A DNA stretch of 64,000 bases. It comes from Felis catus (Eukaryota). Location: positions 4,280,001-4,344,000 of the forward strand of contig NC_058369.1 in the NCBI RefSeq assembly GCF_018350175.1, in the 5' to 3' direction. The first letter of the stretch is position 1. Each line of letters opens with the position of its first letter. The notes beneath the pieces were generated by a model. That model worked only from the letters and a program-made list of their open reading frames with translations, was not told the origin of the DNA and did no database searches. The position numbers were made by a program, and so were the translations under genes. Below are positions 11,296-22,740 of the stretch, in pieces.

Positions 11296-11344
11296 TAGAA
11301 ATGTAGCGAAAATGAATATAGAAATGTAGCGAAAATGAATATAG
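11296..11344. repeat. Perfect 23-bp tandem duplication (TAGAAATGTAGCGAAAATGAATA x2)
   Basis: Directly visible. Confidence 0.9.
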
Positions 11345-12139
11345 CCGGTGCTTTTCAGTATGGGTGTGGCACCCCTCCTGGGAGACAGGAGGTCCTTGGC
11401 AATGACCTTGAAGGAGCACAGATCTGGTGGGGGGAGACGGGGGGGTTCCCACCCAAACTGAACCCAAGATATTTTTTTCTTGGAAACAGAATGAAAAAAT
11501 GCCCTTGTGCTATGAAGCCACACAGATCGGCAAAAAACAAAACAAAACAAAAAGCGAGCAAACAAAAACCACAAAGAAAGAAAGAAAGAAAGAAAAGAAA
11601 GGAACCAAATGAAAACCCAGCCCTAAACTTCCCTGCATTGTAAGTCCTTTTCCCACCAGACAGGCCAGAGAGAGTCCCAGGTCTGGAACTCCAAAGGGCT
11701 CGAGGTTACCAATGGAGGCCAGGGCGCGGGGGGCTCTGAGGTCTGGCGAGGCCTGGCACCTACCTCGGAAGTTCCTGTGCCCCACCCCACCACCCCACCA
11801 CCCCACCGCGGGCCCCCCTGGACTCTGGAAGGCCCCAGGAGGGCAGCCAGCAAGCCTCACTCAGGGGGGCATCCGATCCATTCCGGCAGGGGTTACATTT
11901 GCCCCAGGAGGCCTTACCTGGGGAGGGGTGGCTAGCAGCTGACCAGGAATTTGAGGACTGAGGAGAGCTGGTTCCTCAGGGTGTGGATTAGACAACGCCA
12001 GGGAGGAGAAGGAAATATACTTGTCACGGCAGCACGGCTCAGCCCAACCCCCAGAGCTTTCATCAGGTGACCCGGGGTGCCCCGTCCCAGGAGCCAGGCC
12101 ATCGCCGAAAAGCGACCGTGGGACTCCCCTGAACTCGGC

Positions 12140-12880
12140 TGTGACACAATGATTGATAAGGACTGCACGTATATTTGGCCATTCAAACGACCCAAATTGA
12201 TTTCTCCGATATACTTGGTCTTCATCCGTGGTTCCTGAAAATGCTTCGGGGCCATAAAAGTGAAATGGGTGTCTTGTCCTTCCGTGAGGTGACTTTTGGA
12301 CCCACCCGAGGGTGGGAGCCTGGTGCCAGGAGGTTGAATCAGCCTGCGCCCCGTGACTAAGGCTATTGTGCCTGTGTGTAAAGAAGGACAGGGTTCGGAA
12401 AGATTCCAGGTTGGTACGAAGGTGGACGTAGGCCCAGTGTGGCTTGCCTGGAAGGGCCAAGAGACCCTAAGCCCTCCCGGGTACCTTGCCTTGTGCCTCT
12501 GTCCACCCGGCTCTTGATCCGTACCCTTTGTCCTATCCTTTAAGGATCGGGTAAATGTTAAATGTTTTCTCGAGTTCTGTGAGCCGCTTTAGCAAATTAA
12601 TGAAACCTTAGGAGCGGGTCCTTGGAAACTCGTCTCTAGCTGGTGCGTCAGAAACACAGGTAATGGCCTGGGCTGGTGGCCGGTACCTGAGGTTGGGAGG
12701 GGGGGGGCGGGGGCGGGGCAGGCTTGGAGCCGTGAGCCCCTAACTTTGTGGGATCTGATGCTGTCCCTGGGCGGATGGTTTTGGAATTGAATTGGATTCT
12801 CTGAGAACTGCCTGGTGTTGTTATGTGTGTGGGAACCCCACCCCCACATCGGAATCGGGTCCGGGAACGTGCAGAGTTGA
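12140..12880 (+). mobile_element. Solo ERV LTR, MER21-like
   Basis: ctcgagttctgtgagccgctttagcaaattaatgaaacc...gtgagcccctaactttgtgggatctgatgct...ggaattgaattgg matches the MER21 3' half as I recall it. Confidence 0.6.
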
Positions 12881-14280
12881 ATTCCCCTTAAGATCCTATC
12901 ACGGATGGCATTAGAAACTGGGGACTAGAGTCACTGCCTGGCCTCACCGGTGGCCCCGAGGCTTGTGTGGCTTTGGGCATGCAGTGGGCCCATCCTTCAA
13001 GGGAAAAGGCTGACCTAAATCACTGGTTCTAGAAGTGGGTTCTGCCCAGGGGTGGGCAGGGGTTCCCTAGAGGGTGGAGAGGGGCAGGTGAGCAGAATGT
13101 CCAGCTACCCATTAGTTTAGCCCTTCAACGAACATTTCTTGACTTCTGGCTACATTCCAGGCCCCAGGGATACTGCAGGAAGCAAGTGGGGAAAAAAAAC
13201 CAACAACAAAAAAACCCATAAGGAAATCGTAAGCGAGCATAAAACTATAACTTGCAACCAGTGAGGAAGATGGGGCCTGGCCTGGCCTTCCTGGATGTGT
13301 GAGCTGTGACCTAAAGCCCCATAGGAGTTCTTTTTGTAAAAAGGAGGGAAGAGCTTTCTGGGCAGAGGAACAGCCTGTGCAAAGGCCCCGAGGCAGCAAG
13401 GAACAGAGGAATGGAGGGATTCAGTAAGGCTGGGTCTCCCCGAGCAGGAGAGAGGCCAGAGCTGGTGCGGAGGCCAGGCCACACGGAGTCGTGTGTGGCC
13501 ATGGTCAGCCAGGCAGTGCTCGACACACAGGGGAGAGAGGAGGCAGGGAGACCGCAGGGAGGAGGCTGCTGCAGGCTGGTCAAGGCCTGAGGTCTGCCTC
13601 TCAGGTGTCATCCCTTCCTTGTGTCCAGAGGAGACATCGTTCCCGTGAGGCAGCTTCCTACTGCCTGGAGTGTAGTCATCCAAATGTCTAGCCATCCTGG
13701 GCCAGTGGGGCCGGTGGACGTTTGGGAGGCTGGAGGCCGCGCAGGGCCGGGCGTTTACAGAGGAGGCCGACCCAAATCTACTCCTGAAGTATTTGGTGAC
13801 TTATTAAAATATAACTCACGGAGCTTTTGGTCTTAATGTCACCGTGTACTGGGACCACGGCCAAGCCTTGATATGGTGACACCTCAGCCTTCCCAGAGCC
13901 ACGCTGCTGACGGGGAGACCAAGGGCCCGAGGAGCAGTCCTCGTCCTAGTCACTTGGAATCTCGAATGCGCTAAGGAGCCTCTGGTAACTCATGCTGATC
14001 TGCCGGAAGCAGAGTTGTGCTCCCTGCCCCCTTGTTACAGCCTAGTCGTCCTGCAGGCCACGGGGCCGATCTGTCCTCCAGGGAGCCTCCCCGGATTGCC
14101 TCCCCCTGCCCTCCCAGCCGGGTCACATCCTGCTTCTGGCTCCCGCCGCTGCTGATGTTCCCTGTCATAGCTTTGGCCACAATGTGCTGCTTTCCCTGCT
14201 GGGCTGAGAGCCAGGCCAGGAGGACACAAAAGCCGGAAGAACGAGACAAGCTTGAAGACAGAGTCAGAAATCAGGTTGCA

Positions 14281-14486
14281 GGGGCACCTGGGGGGCTCAG
14301 TCGGTTAAGCCTCCGACTCTTGGTTTCGGCTCAGGTGGCGATCTCACGGTTCGTGGGATCGAGCCCCGCACTGGACTTTTCACTGACGGTGTGAAACCTG
14401 CTTGGGATCCTCTCTCTCTCCCTCCCTCCCTCCCCCACTTGCTCTCTCTCTCTCAAAACAAATAAACACTTTTAAAAACCACAAAG
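14281..14486 (+). mobile_element. CAN-SINE with imperfect TSD agaaatcag(g)ttg; a short old SINE follows at about 14524-14640
   Basis: tRNA-like head, CT-rich stretch, A tail, flanking direct repeat. Confidence 0.88.
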
Positions 14487-17100
14487 AAATCAGTTGTATC
14501 TCAAGGGTTTAAACCCCGGGGCGGGGGTGCCTGGCTGGCCCAGTCGGTAGGACACGTGACTCTTGATCTCAGGTTTGTGAGTTCAAGCCACACGGTGGGT
14601 GGAGATTACTTAAAAACACAATCTTCTGAAAAAAGTGAAAAATAGACCCCCCAGGGCAGGTGTCTAGTGGGGGCCATAAGGTCCCGTCTGTTCCACATTT
14701 GCGATCGACGCTTGGCTGCCTAGGTCCGTCACGGTGTTGGGTGGGAGCCCTGGTCTTGGCTTTCAGCCAGCGAGGGATCTGGGACCCTGCGCTGCCCCTC
14801 TCAGAGCCTCGCTGTCCCTCCTCGGGCACACTGGGCGTGTGGGCATGTGCCAGCATCGCTGGCAGTGCTCGCCGTCACCGTCTCCGGAAGGAAGGAGCGC
14901 CCCATCGAGGGGAGGATCCAAGCGGGGTGGCTCTGCCGTGGAAGTCACTGATCAGACACTGTGAGATGCCCCGGAGGAGCCAGGAGCGGCCTCGTCTGCC
15001 CCCGGGACCGGGCCAGCGAGGTTCGAGACGCCTCCGCCTGAAGCTCCTGATGGGCTGGGACGGCAGCCCGATGGAGGTCCTCCCTGCTGCTCCTGTCCCG
15101 CGGGCGGTCCTCCCCGCCGCTCCCCTCCCACCTGCTTCAGGGCCCCCTGGTTCAGATGCTCTTGTCACCAGTGGCCAGCGAGGTAGATGGAGGCGGTCCA
15201 CAGATAGACGCTCTCCACAGAGGGTCCCCACACGCAACTCTGCCCCAGGACCCCAAGACCCCTGTGGTCCACCTGGGCTCTAGACGTCGGTCACTAAGTC
15301 ATGGGTGGGGTGCAGACTGGAGCAGGAGGGGTGCTGACGGAGATTTTCCACGCACCAGCCCCCCGAAGCTGCCTGCCTGGGCACCCCAGAGGGCAACAGG
15401 AGGCTGGAGGTGCTCCTGGGGTCAGTGACTGTAGCCAGGCTGAGCCCCTGACTTCAGGCACCCCAGCCACAGAGCAGGGGAAGTTGGTGACTGGGGTTCA
15501 TGGGAGGCCTGGGCGGCTCCTGGTCACTACAATTCTGCCCACCCCTCCCTCTGAGTCCTGCCATTCCGCAGGGGCCGGAAAGGAACCCCCTGGGAGTCAC
15601 AGGGGTCGGGGACAGGTCACCTCCCAAACCACCCCAGCTGGCACGGTGGTCGTCCTTGGCGGCCGCCGGGCACGTTTGGCTCAGTGCCCTTTGCCCTGGT
15701 TCCTCCCACCCGGAACACCCTACCTTGCCCTCATCCTCTTCCTTCTCAACTTGCTTCCGGGGGCCTCCGGCCACTGTCCCTCTTTTCATTTAGTTTTATG
15801 GCCTCAAGCCACCTGTTCTGCCTACAATTTTATTTCACACTCTATTGATATTTTTATGGCCTGCGTCACAAGGCTGGGAAGTCGGATGTGGGGCTGGGAT
15901 TTGAACCTATGGGCCTCAGGATATGCAGCTGGACCAAACACCAGCTCCTGGGGTCAGAGGACCCCCTCCTGCCCAAAGCCAGAGGGAGCTAGTGCTTCTC
16001 CTGAACTTGCTGTGTGGCCTGAGAGATCTCCTGACCCTCTCTGGGCAAGGCTTGCCTAGCCTGGGCAGGCCTCCCTAGGAAGGAAACTGGTCCCAGAGCC
16101 CAGACTGGGGGGGACCCCCTCCTTCAGGCTCAGGACAAGCTGGCACGGGTGTGTGGGATGAGGCGGGGCTGTCTGTACCCCCCAGCTGGGGTCTCTGCCT
16201 GCATCGGACCCCCCAGCGCCTTGCTCCCTAGGCTGGGTGGGTGACGGGGTTGCCAGCCGGCTGGAAATTTCTTTCCCCGGGGGCCTGAGGGCTGTGAGCC
16301 AAGGGTGGCTGGCAGGGGGCCCCTTGGCCTGGGATGTGTGATCTGAGCCACATGAGAAGGTGATGGGGGTGCAGGCGTGGTGCTTGGGTATGACGGGGGC
16401 ACCTCCCCTGATACTGGCCCAGGTGGCCGGGGCCCAAGTAAGGTTCCCCTCTGAGGCTTAGAGAAAATTCCAGAAAGAGGGAGATGTTCAGCTCCCACAC
16501 ATCAGTTCGATTGGAGGCAGTGGCCCCAGGGACGAAGGGGTCCCTGGGCTCCAGCCTGTGCCCCCCCACCCCAGGGACCGGCCCTGCCCCCGCCTGCAAG
16601 GATGCTCTGGGCTGGCCTCCCAGGTCTCCTGGCTTGCGGCCAGCGAGTGAGGAGGGCGGCCCCAGGCGTGGAATGCGGGTGGCAGGCGAGCAGCCCTGGG
16701 GTTACCGGCGGGCTTGTCAGAGGTCCCCCAGGGCCCCCATACCCTCACCCATCAGTGTCCCTTTATCCCCTCACCTGGCCCCAGTCGAAGGCGCTGCAAG
16801 GATTCCCAAGTGCCCACTGTACAGACAGGGAAACCGAGGCTCACAAAGTGCCCGGGGTTTACCTTTTCCCCCTCAACCAAAAATCCCCCCCCAAACAAAA
16901 ACCAAACAAAAAAAACCCACCCTGTCTCCCTTGGCTCTTGCTCTCTCTGGACAGCAGCAATTTTCCCCAACGCTAGAATGTTCTGGGATGTTCTGGAAGC
17001 CCCCATTTAAAGTCAGAATCCACCTGTAGCTCCTAAGTGGTAGACCTGTCTGTCTGACCTCAGAGCTCTTGACCACAAGAGCTTTGGAGAACAGACTTCC

Positions 17101-17346
17101 TTTTTTTTCTTTTTTGTAATGTTTTAATTAATTAATTAATTAATTATTGAGAGAGAGAGAGAGAGAGAGAGAGCATGAGCAGGGAAGGGGCAGAGAGAGA
17201 GAGAGGGGGAGACACCGAATCCCAAGCAGGCTCCAGGCTCTGAGCTGTCAGCACAGAGCCTGACGCGGGGCTCAAACTCACAAACCGCAAGATCATGACC
17301 TGAGCCGAAGTCGGACGCTCAACTGACTGAGCCGCCCAGGCGCCCC
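17101..17346 (-). mobile_element. Felid CAN-SINE with TSD gaacagactt
   Basis: Reverse-complement SINE flanked on both sides by gaacagactt. Confidence 0.92.
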
Positions 17347-18371
17347 TCGGGGAACAGACTTTGGCCTCTGGCAGCTGTGTGACCTTTGGTGAGTTATGTC
17401 ACCTCTCTGGGCTTTAGTGACCTTCTCTGCAAAAGGAAGCAACCCGGGCACCCTCTTCAGGTGGGCTGGCACACCACCATCACCCTCCTGCGATCCTCAA
17501 GGGTCCCTGTGGGGGCAGAATTGCAGGCAGGGGCTGGAAACCCCCAGGCCTGGGCCCCTGGCCCTTTCTGGACCTCAGTTTCCCCCTCCGATGATATTCT
17601 CAAGAACGCAGCCTCCTCCTGCCCATTGTCAGGTGCTGGGGGCTGCTCTGCGGGGGCGGGGGGAGTGCAAGGTGACAGAAACCTGGCATCCCTGTGCTGC
17701 CCACCCCCCTCCGCCTTTCTGCACCCCGGCCCCCCGGCCCGTCGGGCTGCGCCCTCCTCTGGCACCCTGGCCCTCCCGGTTCACGTGGCTTAAATTTCAG
17801 CGTGCGGTGGGTGAGGAGGCGGGGGCTGGACACGCTTCATTTTCCGATTTCTGGAAATAAAAGCTGTGGGGCCCTCTATTGTCGAGTGGAAAAAAGCTGT
17901 TGCAAAACTGTGCGCGAAGAAACAATAGCGCCTAGGTGCATCCCCGCCGCCCGGTGTCGGGAGACAGAAAATTCCAGGGAATACTGGGGGCTGGGGAACA
18001 AAGGGCCCTTTTATCCCCCTCTCTCACTCTGGGAAGGTTTTGTGGGAGCTCGTGTGTGGCGGCTTTAGAGTCAGAAAAGCCAACGAAGGTGTTTTGCAAG
18101 ACGGAGAATGGTTCAGAGATCTGTTGGGACAAGGAGACAGGAAAGCGTAGATTTTGTTTGTTTTTGGAGGATGTCTTCCAGCCAGCATTCTAAGACACCT
18201 GTCCCTCCACTGGCGGAAACCTGAGCCAGGAATGCCAGCGACCCGGGCACCGGGCCTGGCCCCGCAGGGCGCAGGTAGAGACGCCACGTGCAGAGGATGT
18301 GCCCAGAATTTGCCCTGCCTCCGCCCCCCCAGCCCCCCGGCTGCTCCGGCAGGCGGCCGTCCTCCCCTTAC

Positions 18372-18507
18372 CCTGGCTCTCCGAATGTTCCTGGCCAGGA
18401 AGACCTAATCGACAGTGGGACCCCACCTGCAGCCGCTCGGGCTCCCCGGCCCAGCGGCGACCCCGGCCCTCCCCTCGAGCTGGAGGGTGCCGGGTCGAGG
18501 ACTTGGC
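18372..18507 (-). other. Candidate non-coding (5' UTR) exon of the FUT gene
   Basis: Minus-strand acceptor ctctacctttttttcgcag| and donor CAGG|GTAAGG enclose 136 nt with no ATG. Confidence 0.45.
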
Positions 18508-18639
18508 CTGCGAAAAAAAGGTAGAGCCGGATGGTGAAATTTCAGGCGACATCTCATCCGTCCTCTGCTCAAGACCCTCCAGGGGCTGTCATCGGTCTCG
18601 GGGGCAAAGCCTGGCCCAGGTCCTGCTGCGTCTCCCCAC

Positions 18640-19060
18640 GTGCCTCCTCACTCATCAGACCCCAGGACCTTTGTATGTGCTATTTATTCCCTCAGCTTGG
18701 AACCCTTTCCCCGATACCCATATGGCTTCCTCAAATGTGGCTCCCTTGAACCGCTGTCTTTCCGTCTGCCCCCGCCAGCACTCCCCGACCCCTCTCCTGC
18801 TTTGTTTTCCTCCACCACAATTACCACCATTTCACTGGGCCATGCATTTGACTTATTTATATCATTTGCTCCTGCCTCTCTCCCACCAGAATGTCAGCTC
18901 CAGGAGGGATCCTGGCCTGCTTTGTTTCCTTCCTGCTGAGTCCCAGCATCTTGAACGGTGGCCGACACACAGGAGGGCCTCAATAAACATGCCTTGGATG
19001 AGTGGATGAGTGAATGAATGGATGAATGAATGAACCAACCAACGAACGAACAAATGAATG
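18640..19060. mobile_element. L2 3' end fragment with (GAAT)n tail
   Basis: gaatgtcagctccaggagg...acacaggagggcctcaataaacatg...gaatgaatg. Confidence 0.65.
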
Positions 19061-20218
19061 GAAAGTACTAAGCACCACCAGAGCATTCTCCTGTTTCCTG
19101 GCTTGTCCTCGCCTCCCCGCCCAAGACCAGGAGCCCTGTGGGGACAGCCTCTGGGTCCCCAGTAGGTACTCGGGAAGCAGGTCCTGGATGAATTACAGCA
19201 TCTGAGTCGACACGGACAGAAGTTGGGGATCTTACTTGGGAAATGACAAATGAAGCCTCTGGGGGACGCCGGACTTTGGGGCAGGAGTGACCCTCGCCCA
19301 TCCTCTTCCTTGCCCCCCACCCTGACTGCCCTGCCGCTGGCCGTCTCCAGGCGGCCTGCAGGTGAGATGTCCCTGACCCTGGGTGACACAGGGCAGGCGA
19401 CGTGGGGATGGTGCCCGGACGGCAGGCGCAGGCAGGCAAGGAATGCTTTGGCCAACAGGAACGAATAAACAGGCTCCTTGGATGTCAGAGGTTGGGGAGG
19501 GATGCTCTGAACCTACACGCTTGGCTGAGGATGTTTGGACAAGGCAGGCGGCCAGGGGGTGTCATCAGAGCTAAAATTAGCCTCTGATTCCCGCTCAGCC
19601 CCTCCCTCTGGGACCGGGAGAGAAGCCAGAACAGGCCATCACTTAAGTGAGGGCCAGCGTTGTGCCAGGACAGGCTCCTCGAATATGTGAATGCCTTTCA
19701 TCCTCTCAACGGCCCCGATGGTCGGGTCCAGGTGGCAGCAGTGGTGGTGTCCCCATACCACAGGTGAGGAGACTGAGGCGCAGGGAGAACGCTTGGTTCA
19801 AAAAGTCCTAGCACTTGCAAGGGCCAGAGCTGGGATTCGGGGACTGCGCCCGCACCATCGGGGCTGTGCGGAAGGTCGGGGAGATAACAGACCTCACTCG
19901 GTGGCTACTTGCGGGAGGCCGCGTGCGGCCCCTCCTTTCCTCTCCCCCAGGGACCTCACCTGAGTGACAGCTCCAGCACCCAAATTACGACACATCCATT
20001 GCAGTTGACAGGTAGCTGTGGCCTCAATATCTCCCATCCTACCGGGCCCCCCCTGGAGCCTCAAGGCCAGCATCTAAGCGGAGGACCCACCTGACATGAG
20101 CCCCCCCCCCCCCACCGGCATGCCCTGGGAGCAGGGTCCCTCTGACTGGTCAATGGGGACTCACCCATAATGCAGGAAGGACAACTGAGGCCCGTTATCC
20201 ATCCAGATGGGATTAGGA

Positions 20219-20403
20219 AAGGCTGCCAGATGGCATCCAGTTGAATCTGAACTTCGGAGAAACAATGGATCATGTTTTAGCGTAAGTGTGTCCCACAGAT
20301 TGGATGGGACGGATGCTAACATGCAGTAAAATGTCGTTCATTGTTTACCTGAGGTTTAAACTTAACCGGCCATCTGTATTCTTGTTTGCTTAGTCTGACG
20401 ACT
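20219..20403. mobile_element. Near full-length palindromic MER53-like element
   Basis: ggctgccagat..catccagttgaatctgaacttcggagaaacaatg ... cattgtttacctgaggtttaaacttaaccggccatc form imperfect inverted arms. Confidence 0.6.
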
Positions 20404-21667
20404 GTAGCTGGCGGGGCAACGGGCGTCTGGGGAGGGCGGGCAGGTAATGAGGAGGCTGAATAGAAGCCACAGAAGGTGCTCGGATGGCCTCTCAGCAAAG
20501 GGACCTCTGATGAGTTTCCCAGGGGCTGGAGAAGAGGGCGGGAGGGAGTGGGATGGAGAGGGATCCGAGGCGGGGGGGGGGGGGGTGGGTCTCTGTCCAC
20601 ACTCCGCGGCCTCCGGGTCCCACCTGCTCTGGCTCATTGTTCATTGTTAATGGTGGTCACTGGGGCAGAGTGTGGGCAGGGGAATGCCTGGGACCGAGGC
20701 CCCCGCAGCAGGTGGCCTCACTAATCGGAGCCAGAGAGTGAGTGGGGGCGGGGGGGGGGCGGGGGGGCATTCAGGGGCAGGAAGCGGACCCCCACCCACA
20801 CCCTGCCATTTCCTTTTACGTGGAGACGGGAGACCCGGGGCTGTATGTCTACTGCTTTTCTGTTCCCTCCACCTGTCCCCCTCCTCCCCCGGGGGGGGTC
20901 CTCCTGGGCCGGGGGTGAGGGCTGTCCTGGCTCTCCTGGCTCCCTCCCACCCTCTGGCTCGCCACGGACCAGCCCCAGCCGAGTGTGCTACCCATGGGGG
21001 TTTACTGAATCCCCACAGCCATGATGAAGAGCAGAAACCGAGGCCCAGGGAAGGGGCTAAATGGCTACCCGTGGGGTAGGAAACCGGACTCTCCCGTGCC
21101 CGGAGCCTGTGCTCTTGGCTTACGGCCCTTTCTGTCTTCTGAGCCACCCTCCATGCTGTTCCTCCTGCCTGCGTCGCTCTTTTCCCCTTCTCCTGGGAAG
21201 CTCCTCTGCATGCTTCAGCACCCCCTCCTCCGGGAAGCCTCCTTGCACACCCAGGCCAGGTGGCTCCTCTGGGTCGTCCTCTGCCTGTGCAACCCCATTA
21301 CAGTCCTAGTCAGCCTGAGTTGGAACGGCCCGGTCACATGTCTGTCTCCCCCACTAGACTGTGAGCCTTGGGAGGGTCCAGACCCACTAGACGGGATCTA
21401 CCTTGGTCACTACTGTGTCCCCAGTGCCCAGCACGGGGCCTGGGACACTGCAGGCAGAAGTGCTCTGGAATCAGCCACAAGGCCCTGGCCCTACCCTCAT
21501 TTGCTGTAAGACCCCGGGCAAGCAGCTATCCCTCTCTGAGCCTTGGTCTCTCCATCTGTAAAAGGGGGTAACAGCACATCCTTCCTAGGCTGAATTGCAG
21601 CGAAATCATGTTAAAGGTATCAGGACCGTGCCTGGCTCCCGGAAGGAGGCATCGGCAAATGATTATT

Positions 21668-21885
21668 TATTAAAAATTTTTTTGTAACGTTTATTCGTTT
21701 TTGAGAGAGAGAGAGAGACAGACAGAGCGTGAGCGAGGGAGAAAGGGAGACACAGAATCCAAAGCGGGCTCCAGGCTCTGAGCTGTCAGCACAGAGCCCG
21801 ACGTGGGGCTCGAACTCAGGCTGCGTGAGATCATGACCTGAGCCGAAGTCGGACGCTTGACCTGCTGAGCCGCCCGGGAGCCCCC
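21668..21885 (-). mobile_element. Felid CAN-SINE with TSD gcaaatg(a/g)ttattta
   Basis: Reverse-complement SINE with flanking direct repeat. Confidence 0.9.
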
Positions 21886-21894
21886 GCAAATGGT

Positions 21895-22740
21895 TATTTA
21901 AACATTTAGACAAGATACCGCTGCACACACCTATTGCGACGGCCAAGATCTGGAGCTCTGACAACCCCAAATGCTGGCAAGGACACAGAGTGACGTTTCT
22001 TCCGATCCAGCAAGTGCACACCCCACCCCGGTATTTACCCGAAGGAGTTGAAAGCTTATGTCCACGCAAAAACCTGCACACGGATGTTTGTGGCAGCCTT
22101 AGTCGTAATTGTCAAAACTCGGGAGCAACCCGGAACGTCCTTCCGTAGGCGAGTGGGCAAACTGTGAGACATCCAGACAACGGAATGTCATTCAACGCTA
22201 AAAAGAAACGAGCCATTGAGCCACAGAAAGACACGGAGGAAACTTACATGCCTATCCCTAGAAGGCAGTCGGCCTGAAAAGGCTACACACTGTATGATTC
22301 CAACTCTGTGACATTCTGGAAAAGCAAAGCTGTGCAGACAGTGAAAAGGTCAGTGTCTGCCGCGGCGGGGGCGGGTGGGAAAGGATGAAGGGACAGAGCC
22401 CGGACGATCTGGGGTGGGGGGCAGTGAGACGACGCTGCATGATCCCGCAAAGGTGGCTACCTGCCATGATGCATTTGGCCAGACCCAATGAATGCATGCA
22501 CGTCACCACCAGGGAACCACCTGTCCACTCTGAACTTTCATTGATAACAACGTATCAATGCAGGTCCGTGAGTTGTAACAAAGGTATCACAGTAATGCAA
22601 GACTGCAAAAGGGGCCACTGTGTGTGCGCGTGTGTGCTTGCGGGAGGGGAGTTGGTAGAGAGGAACTCCCTGCCCTCTACTGGCTTCTTCTGCAAACTTA
22701 AGGCCGCTCTAGAAAAGAAAGTTCGTTAATTTAAACAAGT
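21895..22740 (+). mobile_element. Old L1M (L1MC-like) 3' fragment
   Basis: gagttgaaagcttatgtccacgcaaaaacctgcacacggatgttt...ctgtatgattccaactctgtgacattctggaaaagcaaa. Confidence 0.7.
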
